Shown here in pieces: positions 22,868-35,347 of a stretch of DNA of 44,029 nt (positions are counted from its first letter, which is position 1; the number at the start of each line of letters is the position of its first letter). The DNA comes from Chiloscyllium plagiosum (lineage: Eukaryota): positions 1-44,029 of the forward strand of contig NW_025214458.1 of assembly GCF_004010195.1 (NCBI RefSeq), written 5' to 3'. The notes under the pieces were generated by a model. The model was given only the letters and a program-made list of their open reading frames with translations, had not been told where the DNA came from and did not search any database. A program made the translations under genes and the position numbers.

Positions 22868-24197
22868 CAATACAATGTGAGGTATGTCGGACCGTGTTGG
22901 TTTCTGTACAGTGGGCGGTATGTCGGGCCGTGTCGGTTACTGTCCAGTGGATGGCATTTCGTGCCGTGATGGTTACTGTACAGTTTCAGGTATGTCGGGC
23001 CGTGACTGTTACTGTACAGTGGGTGGTATGTCGGGCCGTGATGATTACTGTACAGGCGAAGGTATGTCTGGCCGTTATGGTTACTGTACAGGGGGAGGTA
23101 TGTGAGGCCGTGATGGTTACTGTACAGTGGGAGGTATGTCGGGTTTTGATGGTTACTGTACAGTGGGAGGTATGTCGGACTGTGATGGAACTTGTACAGT
23201 GGGTGGTGTGTCGGGCCGTGATGGTTACTGTACAGTGGGTGGTATATCAGCCCGGTATGGTTACTGTACATGGGGAGGTGTGTCGGGGTGTGATGGTTAC
23301 TGTACAGTGGGAGGTGTTTTGGGCCGTGTTGATGATTGTACATTGGGGGGTATTTTGGGCTGTGATGGTTCCTGTACAGTTGGAGGTATGTCCGGCCATG
23401 ATGGCTACTGCACAGTGTGAGCGATGTCGGGCCGTGACGATTTCTGTATAGGGGGAGGTGTGTCGATCCGTGATGGTTACTGTACAGTGGGAGGTATGTC
23501 GGACTGTGATGGTTACTGTACAGTGTGTGGTATGTCGGAATTTGATGGTTAATGTACAGTGGGAGGTATGTTGGGGTGTGATGGTTACTGTACAGTGGCA
23601 GGTGTGTTGGGCCGTGATGTTTACTGTACAATTGGAGGTGTTCCGGGCCGTGACGGTTACTGTATAGTGGGAGGTATGTCGGTCCTCGATGCTTACTGTA
23701 CAGTGGGCGGAATTCCGGGCCGTGTTGGTTACTGTACAGTGGGAGGTATGTCAGGCCGTGATGGTTACTGTTCAGTGGGAGGTACGTGAGGCCATGATGG
23801 TTACTGTACACTGGGAGGTAAGTCTGGCCGTGATGGTTACTGTACAGTGGGTGGTATGTCGGGCCGTGATGTTTACTGTACAGTGGTGGGTTAATTCGGG
23901 CCGTTATGGTAACTGTAAAGTGGGAGGTATGTCGGGTTGTGATGGTTACTGCACAGTGGGAGGTGTATCGGGCCGTGACGGTTACAGTACAATGTGAGGT
24001 ATGTCGCACCGTGATGGTTTCTGCACAGTGGGAGGTATGTCGGGCCGTGACGGTTACTGTCCAGTGGATGGCATTTCGGGCGTGATGTTTACTGTACAGT
24101 GGGAGGTATGTCCGACTGTGATGGTTACTGTACAGTGTGTGGCATTTCGGACCGTGAATGTTACTGTACAGTGGGTGGTATGTCGGCCGTGATTGTT

Positions 24198-26750
24198 CCG
24201 TGTTGGTTACTGTACAGTGGGAGGTATGTCGGGGTGTGATGGTTACTGTACAGTGGGAGGTGTTTCGGGCCGTGATGATTTTTGTACAGTGGGGTGTATG
24301 TTGGGCTGTGATGGTTTCTGTACAGGGGGAAGTGTGTCGATCCGTGATGGTTACTGTACTGTGGGAGGTATGTCGGACTGTGATAGTTACTGGACAGTGG
24401 GAGGCATGTCGGGGTTTGATGGTTACTGTACAGTGGCAGGTGTGTTGCGCCGTGATGTTTACTGTACAGTTGGAGGTATTCCGGGCCGTGACGGTTACAG
24501 TATAGTGGGAGGTATGTCGGGGCGCGATGCTTACTGTACAGTAGGCGGAATGCCGGGCCGTGTTGGTTACTGTACAGTGGGAGGTATGTCGGGGTGTGAT
24601 GGTTACTGTACAGTGGGAGGTGTTTCGGGCCGTGATGATTTTTGTACAGTGGGGTGTATGTTGGGCTGTGATGGTTTCTGTACAGGGGGAAGTGTGTCGA
24701 TCCGTGATGGTTACTGTACTGTGGGAGGTATGTCGGACTGTGATAGTTACTGGACAGTGGGAGGCATGTCGGGGTTTGATGGTTACTGTACAGTGGCAGG
24801 TGTGTTGCGCCGTGATGTTTACTGTACAGTTGGAGGTATTCCGGGCCGTGACGGTTACAGTATAGTGGGAGGTATGTCGGGGCGCGATGCTTACTGTACA
24901 GTAGGCGGAATGCCGGGCCGTGTTGGTTACTGTACAGTGGGAGGTATGTCGGGGTGTGATGGTTACTGTACAGTGGGAGGTGTTTCGGGCCGTGATGATT
25001 TTTGTACAGTGGGGTGTATGTTGGGCTGTGATGGTTTCTGTACAGGGGGAAGTGTGTCGATCCGTGATGGTTACTGTACTGTGGGAGGTATGTCGGACTG
25101 TGATAGTTACTGGACAGTGGGAGGCATGTCGGGGTTTGATGGTTACTGTACAGTGGCAGGTGTGTTGCGCCGTGATGTTTACTGTACAGTTGGAGGTATT
25201 CCGGGCCGTGACGGTTACAGTATAGTGGGAGGTATGTCGGGGCGCGATGCTTACTGTACAGTAGGCGGAATGCCGGGCCGTGTTGGTTACTGTACAGTGG
25301 GAGGTATGTCGGGGTGTGATGGTTACTGTACAGTGGGAGGTGTTTCGGGCCGTGATGATTTTTGTACAGTGGGGTGTATGTTGGGCTGTGATGGTTTCTG
25401 TACAGGGGGAAGTGTGTCGATCCGTGATGGTTACTGTACTGTGGGAGGTATGTCGGACTGTGATAGTTACTGGACAGTGGGAGGCATGTCGGGGTTTGAT
25501 GGTTACTGTACAGTGGCAGGTGTGTTGCGCCGTGATGTTTACTGTACAGTTGGAGGTATTCCGGGCCGTGACGGTTACAGTATAGTGGGAGGTATGTCGG
25601 GGCGCGATGCTTACTGTACAGTAGGCGGAATGCCGGGCCGTGTTGGTTACTGTACAGTGGGAGGTATGTCGGGGTGTGATGGTTACTGTACAGTGGGAGG
25701 TGTTTCGGGCCGTGATGATTTTTGTACAGTGGGGTGTATGTTGGGCTGTGATGGTTTCTGTACAGGGGGAAGTGTGTCGATCCGTGATGGTTACTGTACT
25801 GTGGGAGGTATGTCGGACTGTGATAGTTACTGGACAGTGGGAGGCATGTCGGGGTTTGATGGTTACTGTACAGTGGCAGGTGTGTTGCGCCGTGATGTTT
25901 ACTGTACAGTTGGAGGTATTCCGGGCCGTGACGGTTACAGTATAGTGGGAGGTATGTCGGGGCGCGATGCTTACTGTACAGTAGGCGGAATGCCGGGCCG
26001 TGTTGGTTACTGTACAGTGGGAGGTATGTCGGGGTGTGATGGTTACTGTACAGTGGGAGGTGTTTCGGGCCGTGATGATTTTTGTACAGTGGGGTGTATG
26101 TTGGGCTGTGATGGTTTCTGTACAGGGGGAAGTGTGTCGATCCGTGATGGTTACTGTACTGTGGGAGGTATGTCGGACTGTGATAGTTACTGGACAGTGG
26201 GAGGCATGTCGGGGTTTGATGGTTACTGTACAGTGGCAGGTGTGTTGCGCCGTGATGTTTACTGTACAGTTGGAGGTATTCCGGGCCGTGACGGTTACAG
26301 TATAGTGGGAGGTATGTCGGGGCGCGATGCTTACTGTACAGTAGGCGGAATGCCGGGCCGTGTTGGTTACTGTACAGTGGGAGGTATGTCGGGGTGTGAT
26401 GGTTACTGTACAGTGGGAGGTGTTTCGGGCCGTGATGATTTTTGTACAGTGGGGTGTATGTTGGGCTGTGATGGTTTCTGTACAGGGGGAAGTGTGTCGA
26501 TCCGTGATGGTTACTGTACTGTGGGAGGTATGTCGGACTGTGATAGTTACTGGACAGTGGGAGGCATGTCGGGGTTTGATGGTTACTGTACAGTGGCAGG
26601 TATGTTGCGCCGTGATGTTTACTGTACAGTTGGAGGTATTCCGGGCCGTGACGGTTACAGTATAGTGGGAGGTATGTCGGGGCGCGATGCTTACTGTACA
26701 GTAGGCGGAATGCCGGGCCGTGTTGGTTACTGTACAGTGGGAGGTATGTC
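24198..26750. repeat. 360-bp higher-order repeat (10x36), about 7.1 near-identical copies
   Basis: Lines starting at 24241, 24601, 24961, 25321, 25681, 26041 and 26401 are identical. One G>A difference seen, at 26602. Confidence 0.97.
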
Positions 26751-29700
26751 AGGCCGTGGATGGTTATGTTCAGTGGGAGGTACGTGAGGCCATGATGGTT
26801 ACTGTACACTGGGAGGTAAGTCTGGCCCTGATGGTTACTGTACAGTGGGTGGTATGTCGGGACGTGATGTTGACTGTACAGTGGTGTGTTAACTCGGGCC
26901 GTTATGGTAACTGTAAAGTGGGAGGTATGTCGTGTTGTGATGGTTACTGCACAGTGGGAGGTAATTCGGGCCGTGACGGTTACTGTCCAGTGGATGGCAT
27001 TTCGGTCCGTGATGTTTACTGTACAGTGGGAGGTATGTCCGACTGTGATGGTTACTGTACAGTGTGTGGCATTTCGGACCGTGAATATTACTGTACAGTG
27101 GGTGGTATGTCGGCCGTGATTGTTCCTGTACAGTGGGAGGTATGTCGGGCCGTGACTGTTACTTTACAGTGGGAGGAATGTCGGGCCGTGACGGTTACTG
27201 TACAGTGGGAGTTATGTCATTGTGTTGGTTACTGTATAGTGGGAGGTATGTCGGTACATGATGGTTACGGTCTTGTGGGAGGTATGTCAGGCCGTTATGG
27301 TTACTGTACTGTGGGTGGTATGTCGGACCATGACGGTTACTGTACAGTGGGAGGTATGTCGTGCTGAAATGGTTACTGTACAGTGGGCGGTATGTTGGGC
27401 TTAGATGGTTTCTGTACAGTGGGAGGTATGTCGGGCCGTGACCATGACTGTACAGTGGGTGGTATGTCGGGCTTAGATGGTTACTGCACAGTGGGAGGTA
27501 TGTCGGGCCGTGACCATGACTGTATGGTTGGAGGTATGTCGGGTTGTGATGGTTACTGTACAGTGGGATGTATGTCGGGCTTTGATGGTTACTGTACAGT
27601 GCTAGGCATGTCGTGATGTGATGGTTACTGTACAGTGGCAGGTGTGTTGGGCGATGATGTGTATTGTACAAAGGGTGGTACGTCGGGCCGTGATGTTTAC
27701 TGAACAGTGGGAGGTATGTCGTGCCGCGATGCTTGCTGTAATGTGGGAGGTATGTCGGGCCGTGATGGTTGCTGTAAATTGGAAGAATGTCGGGCCGTGA
27801 TGGTTTATATACACTCGGAGGTATGTCAGACCGGGATGGTTACTGTTCAGTGGGAAGTCTGTGAGGCCTTGATGGTTTCTGTACAGTGGGAGGTATTTCG
27901 GGCCGTGATGGTTACTGTACTTTGGGAAGTATGTCAGGCCGTGATGGTTACTGTTCAGTGGGAGGTATGTGGGGCTGTGTTGGTTGTCGTACAGTGGGAG
28001 AAATGTCAGGCAGCGACTGTTACTGTACAGTGGGTGGTATGTCGGGCCGTGATGGTTACTGTACAATGAGAGGTATGTCGGGCCGTGATGGTTACTGTAC
28101 AGTGGGTGGTTTGTCGGAATTTGATGGTTAATGTACAGTGGGAGGTATGTTGGGCCGTGAAGGTTACTGTACGGTTGGAGGAATGTCGGGATGTCATGGT
28201 TACTGGACAGTGGGAGGTACATCGGGCCGTGATGGTTACTGTACAGTGGGAGGCATGTCAGGCCGTGATGGTTACTGTGCGGTGGGAGGTGTGTCGGGGT
28301 GTGATGGTTAGTGTGCAATGGGAGGTATGATTGGCTGTGATGGTTACTGTACAGTTGGAGGTAAGTCGGGCCGTGATGTTTCCTGCAGTCGGGCCGTGAT
28401 GCTTACTGTACAGTGGGAGGTATGTCGGGCCGTGATGGTTACTGTATAGTGGGTGGTATGTCGGAATTTGATGGTTAATGTAGAGTGGGAGGTATGTTGG
28501 GCCGTGAAGGTTACTGTACGGTTGGAGGAATGTCGGGGTGTGATGGTTACTGTACAGTGGGAGGTATGTCGGGCCGTGACGGTTACAGTTCAGTGGGATG
28601 TATGTCGGGCCGTGAAGGTTATGGTGCAGTGTGAGGTATGTCGGGATGTGACGTTTACTGGACAGTGGGAGGTACATCGGGCCGTGATGGTTACTGTACA
28701 GTGGGAGGCATGTCAGGCCGTGATGGTTACTGTACGGTGGGAGGTGTATCGGGGTGTGATGGTTAGTGTGCAGTGCGAGGTATGATGGGCTGTGATGGTT
28801 ACTGTACAGTTGGAGGTGTGTCGGGCCGTGACGGTTACTGTGCAGTGGGAGGTGTGTCGGTGTGATGGTTACTGTAGAGTGGGAGGTATATCGGACTGTG
28901 ATAGTTACTGGACAATGGGAGGTAGGTGGGGGTGTGATGGTTACTGTACAGTGGCAGGCGTGTTGGGCCATGATGTTTACTGTACAGTGAGAGGTATGCC
29001 GGGCCTTGACGGTTACTGAACAGTGGGAGGTATGTCGGGCCGCGATGCTAGCTGTAAAGTGGGAGGTATGTCGGGCCGTGATGGTTACTGTACAGTGGGA
29101 GGTATGTCGGACTGTGATGGATAGTGTACAGTTGTAGGTACGTCGGGTTGTGATGGTTACTGTACAGTGGGAGGTATGTCGGGATGTGATGGTTACTGTA
29201 CAGTGGGAGGTGTTTCCGGCCGTGATGATAATTTTACAGTTGGGTGTATGTTGGGCTGTGATGGTTACTGTACTGTGGGAGGTATGTCCGACTGTGATAG
29301 TTACTGGACAGTGGGAGGCATGTCGGGGTTTGATGGTTACTGTACATTGGCAGGTGTGTTGGGCCGTGATGTTTACTGTACAGTTGGAGGTATTCCGGGC
29401 TGTGACGGTTCCAGTATAGTGGGAGGTATGTCAGGGCGCGATGCTTACTGTATAGTATGCGGAATGCCGGGCCGTGTTGGTTACTGTTCAGTGGGAGGTA
29501 AGTGAGTCCGTGATGGTTACTGTACAGTGGGAGGTAAGTGGGGCCGTGATGGTTACTGTACAGTGGGTGGTATGTCGGGCCGTGATGGTTTCTGTACAGA
29601 GGGAGGTATGTCGGGCCGTGATGGTTACTGTCCAGTGGATGGCATTTCGGGCCGTGATGGTTACTGTACAGTTTCACGTATGTCGGGCCGTGACTGTTAC

Positions 29701-32700
29701 TGTACAGTGGGTGGCAAATCAAGCCGTGAATGTTAATGTACAGTGGGTGGTATGTAGGGCCGTGATGGTTCCTGTAAAGAGGGAGGGATGTCGTGCCGTG
29801 ACTGTTACTTTCCAGTGGGAGGTATGTCAGGCCGAGACTGTTACTGTACAGTGGGAGGTATGTCGGGCCGTGACTATTACTGTACACTGGGAGCTATGTC
29901 GGCGAGTGATGGCTACTGCACAGTGGGACGTATGTCGGGCCTTGACGGTTGCTGTACAGTGGGAGGTATGTCAGGCCGCGATGCTTGCTGGAACGTGGGA
30001 GGTATATCGGGCCGTGATGGTTACTGCAAATGGGAGGTATGTCGGGCCGTGATGGTTCCTGTACAGACGGAGGTATGTCAGGCCGTGATGGTTACTGTAC
30101 AGTGGGAGGTATGTGAGGCCGTGATGGTTAGTGTACAGTGGGAGGTATGTCGGGCCGTGATGGTAACTGTACAGTGGGTGGTATTTCGGGCCGTGATGGT
30201 TACTGTACAGTGGGAGGTATGTGGGGTTGTGTTGGTGACTGTAAAGTGGGAAGTATGTCAGGCCGTGACTGTTACTGTACAGTGGATGGTATGTCGGGCC
30301 GTGATGGTTACTGTACAGTGGGAGGTATGTCGGACCATGATGGTTACTGTACGGTGGGAGGTATGTCTGTGCGTGATGGTTACAGCACAGTGGGAGGCAT
30401 GTCAGGCCGTGACTGTTACAGTACAGTGGGAGGTATGTCGTGCCGTGATGGTTACTGTACAGTGGGTGGTATGTCGGGATTTGATGGTTAATGTACAGTG
30501 GGAGGTATGTTGGGCCGTGACGGTTACTGTACGGTTGGAGGTATGTCGGGGTGTGATGGTTACTGTACAGTGGGAGAAATGACAGGCAGCGACTGTTACT
30601 GTACAGTGGGAGGTATATCGGGCCGTGATGGTTACTGTACAGTGGGAGGTATGTCGGGCCGTGATGGTTACTGTACAGTGAGAGGTATGCTGGGCCGTGA
30701 CGGTTACTGTACAGTGGGAGTTGTGTTAGGCGGTGATGGTTACTGTTCAGTGGGAGGTACGTGAGGCCGTGATGGTTACTGTACAGTGTGAGGTATGTCG
30801 GGCCGCGACTGCTACTGTACAGTGGGAGTTATGTCGGGGTGTGATGGTTACTGTGCAGTTGGTGGTATGTCGGGCCGTGATGGTTCCTGTACAATGGGAG
30901 GTATGTCGGGCCGTGCATGTTACTGTACAGTGGGAGGTATGTTGGGCCATGACGTTTACTGTACAGTGGGAGGTATGTCGGGTTGTGATGGTTACAGTAC
31001 ACTGGGACGTATGTCGGGCCGTGATGGTTACTGTACAGTGGGAGGTATGTCGGGGTGTGATGGTTACTGTACAGAAGGGAGGTATGTCGGGGTGTGATGG
31101 TTACTGTACAGTGGGAGGTACATCGGGCCTTGATGGTTACTGTACCGTGGGTGGTATGTCGGGCCGTCATGGTTCTGTACAGTGGGTAGTATGTCGGGCC
31201 ATGACTATTACTGTACAGTGGGAGGTATGTCGGGATGTGATGGCTACAGCACAGTGGGAAGTATGTCGGGCCGTGAAAGTTACTGTACAGTGGGAGTTGT
31301 GTCAGGCCGTGATGGTTACTGTTCAGTGGGAGACACGTGAGGCCGTGATGGTTACTGTACAGTGGGATGTATGTCGGACTGTGATGGCTTCTGTACAGTG
31401 GAAGGTATGTCGGGCCGTGACTGTTACTGTACAGTTGGTGGTATGTCGGGCCGTGATGGTTCCTGTAAAATGGGAGGTATGTCGGGCCGTGACTGTTACT
31501 GTACAGTGGGAGGTATGTCGGGCCGTGACGTTTACTGTAGATTGGGAGGTATGTCGGGATGTGATATTTACAGTACAGTGGGAGGTATGTCAGTCCGTGA
31601 CTGTTACTGTATAGTGGGTAGTATGTTGGGCCGTGATGGTTAATGTACACTCGGAGTTATGTCGGGATGTGATGGTTACTAAACAGTGGGAGGTATGTCG
31701 GGCCGTGTCAGTTACTGTACAGTGGGCGGTATGTCGGGCCGCGATGTTTACAGTACAGTGGGAGGTATGTCGGACCGTGAGTGTTACTGTATAGTGGGTG
31801 GTATGTCCGGCCGTGATGGTTACTTTACTGTGGGAGGTATGTCGAGGTGTGATGGTTACTGTACACTGGGAGGTATGTCGGGCTTTGGTGGTTACTGTAC
31901 AATGGGAAGTATGTCGGGCGGTGACGGTTACTGTACAGTGGGAGGTCCTTCGGGGTGTGATGGTTACTGTACAGTGGGAGTTATGCCGGGCTGTGCTGAT
32001 TACTGTACAGTGGGAGGTTTGGCGGGCTGTGATAGTTACTGTACAGTGGGACGTATGTCGGGCCGTGATGGCTACTGTACAGTGGGAGGTAGGTCTAGCC
32101 ATGATGGTTACTGTACAGTGGGAGGTATGTCTGGCCGTGACGGTTACTGTACAGTGGAAGGTATGTCGAGCGGTGATGGTTACTGCACAATGGCAGGAAT
32201 TTCGGGCCGTGATGTTTACTGTACAGTGGGAGGTGTTTCGGTCCGAGATGATTATTGTACAGTGGGGGGTTAAGTTGGGCTGTGATGGTTACTGTACAGT
32301 TTCAGGTATGTCGGGCCGTGACTGTTACTGTACAGTGAGTGGTATGTCGGGCCGTGATGGTTCCTGTACAGTGGGATGTATGCCAGGCCGTGACTGTTAC
32401 TGTACAGTTGGAGGTAAGTCGGGGTGTGATGGTTACTGTCCAGGGGGAGTTATGTCGGGCCGTGATGGTTACTGTACAGTGGGAGGTATGTCAGGCCGTG
32501 ACTGTTACTGTACAGTGCGTGGTATGTCGAGCCGTGATGGCTACTGTACAGTGGGAGGTATGTCGGGCTTTGATGGTTATTGTACAGTGGGAAGTATGTC
32601 GGTCCGTGATGGTTACTATAATGTGGGAGGTATGTCGCGTTGTGATGGTTACTGTACAGTGGGAGGTATGTCGGGCCGTGATGGTTACTGTACAGTGGGA

Positions 32701-35093
32701 TGTATATCGGCCGTGACGGTTCCTGTATAGTAGAAGGTATGTCGGGATGTAATGGTTACTGTGCAGTGGGAGGTAGGTCGGGCTTTGATGGTTACTGTAA
32801 AGTGGGAGGTATGTCGGGCCGTGATGGTTACTGTACAGTGTGAGGTATGTCGGGCCCTGACTGTTACTGTACAGTGGGAGGTATGTGGGGTTGTGTTGGT
32901 TATCGTACAGTGGGAGAAATGTCAGGCAGCGACTGTTACAGTACAGTGAGTGGTATGTCGGGCCGTGATGGTTACTGTACAGTGGGAGGCAGGTCGGGCT
33001 TTGATGATTACTGTACAGTGGGAGGTATGTCGGGCCGTGATGGTTACTGTACAGTGGGATGTATCTCGGCCGTGACGGTTCCTGTATAGTAGAAGGTATG
33101 TCGGGATGTAATGGTTACTGTACAGTGGGAGGTAGATCGGGCTTTGATGGTTACTGTACAGTGGGAGGTATGTCGGGCCGTGATGGTTACTGTACAGTGG
33201 GATGTATATCGGCCGTGACGGTTCCTGTATAGTAGTAGGTATGTCGGGATGTAATGGTTACTGTGCAGTGAGAGGTAGGTCGGGCTTTGATGGTTACTGT
33301 ACATTGGGAGGTATGTCGGGCCGTGATGGTTACTGTACAGTGTGAGGTATGTCGGGCCCTGACTGTTACTGTACAGTGGGAGGTATGTCGGGCCGTGACG
33401 GTTACTGAACAATGGGAGTTATGTCGGGGTGAATTGGTTACTGTATAGTGGGAGGTATGTCGGTACGTGATTGTTACTGTATAGTGGGAGGAAAGTCAGG
33501 CCGCGACTATTACTGTACACTGGGTGGTATGCCGGGCCGTGATGGTTACGGTATTGTGGGTGGTATGTCAGGCCGTTATGTTTACAGTACAGTGGGAGGT
33601 GTGTTGTGGTGTGATGGTTACTGTACAGTGGGAGGTATGTCGGGCCGTGATGGTTACTGTACAGTGTGTGGTATGTCGGGCTTAGATCGTTACTGTATAG
33701 TGGGAGGTATGTCGGGCCATGACCGTGACTGTACAGTGGGTGGTATGTCGGGCTTAGATGGTTACTGTACAGTGGGAGGTATGTCGGGCCGTGACCCTGA
33801 CTGTATGATTGGAGGTATGTCAGGCCGTGAAGGTTACTGTACAGTGGGAGGTATGTCGGACTGTGATGTTTTTTCTACAGTGGGAGGTATGTCGGGCCCT
33901 GATGGTTACTGTACAGTGGGAGGTATGTGGGGTTGTGTTGGTTATCGTACAGTGGGAGAAGTGTCAGGCAGCGACTGTTACAGTACAGTGAGTGGTATGT
34001 CGGGCCGTGATGGTTACTGTACAGTGGGAGGTAGGTCGGGCTTTGATGGTTACTGTACAGTGGGAGGTATGTCGGGCCGTGATGGTTACTGTACAGTGTG
34101 AGGTATGTCGGACCCTGACTGTTACTGTACAGTGAGAGGTATGTCGGGCCGTGACGGTTACTGAACAATGGGAGTTATGTCGGGGTGAATTGGTTACTGT
34201 ATCGTGGGAGGTATGTCGGTACGTGATTGTTACTCTATAGTGGGAGGAAAATCAGGCCGCGACTGTTACTGTACAGTGGGTGGTATGCCGGGCCGTGATG
34301 GTTACGGTTTTGTGGGAGGTATGTCAGGCCGTTATGTTTACAGTACAGTGGGAGGTGTGTTGTGGTGTGATGGTTACTGTACATGGGTGGGATGTCGGAC
34401 CGTGATGGTTACTGTACAGTGTGTGGTATGTCGGGCTTAGATCGTTACTGTATAGTGGAAGGTATGTCGGGCCGTGACCATGACTGTACCGTGGGTGGTA
34501 TGTCGGGCTTAGATGGTTACTGTACAGTGGGAGGTATGTCGGGCTGTGACCGTGACTGTAAGATTGAAGGTATGTCGGGGTGTGATGGTTACTGTACAGT
34601 GGGAGGTATGTCGGGCTTTGATGGTTACTGTACAGTGCGAGACATGTCGTGATGTGATGGTTACTGTTCAGTGGCAGGTGTGTTGGGCGGTGATGTTTAC
34701 TGTAAAAAGGGTGGTACGTCCGGCCGTGATGTTTCCTGTACAGTGGGAGGTATGTCGCGCCGCGATGCTTGCTGTAATGTGGGAGATATGTCGGGCCGTG
34801 ATGGTTACTGTACAGTGTGAGGTATGTCGGACCCTGACTGTTACTGTACAGTGAGAGGTATGTCGGGCCGTGACGGTTACTGAACAATGGGAGTTATGTC
34901 GGGGTGAATTGGTTACTGTATCGTGGGAGGTATGTCGGTACGTGATTGTTACTCTATAGTGGGAGGAAAATCAGGCCGCGACTGTTACTGTACAGTGGGT
35001 GGTATGCCGGGCCGTGATGGTTACGGTTTTGTGGGAGGTATGTCAGGCCGTTATGTTTACAGTACAGTGGGAGGTGTGTTGTGGTGTGATGGT

Positions 35094-35347
35094 NNNNNNN
35101 NNNNNNNNNNNNNNNNNNNNNNNNNNNNNNNNNNNNNNNNNNNNNNNNNNNNNNNNNNNNNNNNNNNNNNNNNNNNNNNNNNNNNNNNNNNNNNNNNNNN
35201 NNNNNNNNNNNNNNNNNNNNNNNNNNNNNNNNNNNNNNNNNNNNNNNNNNNNNNNNNNNNNNNNNNNNNNNNNNNNNNNNNNNNNNNNNNNNNNNNNNNN
35301 NNNNNNNNNNNNNNNNNNNNNNNNNNNNNNNNNNNNNNNNNNNNNNN
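35094..35347. other. Assembly gap (254 N)
   Basis: Run of N. Confidence 1.

Noticed and set aside
22013..24009. Long ORFs containing X runs (also 34923..35636)
   Set aside because: Their length comes from translating through N gaps.
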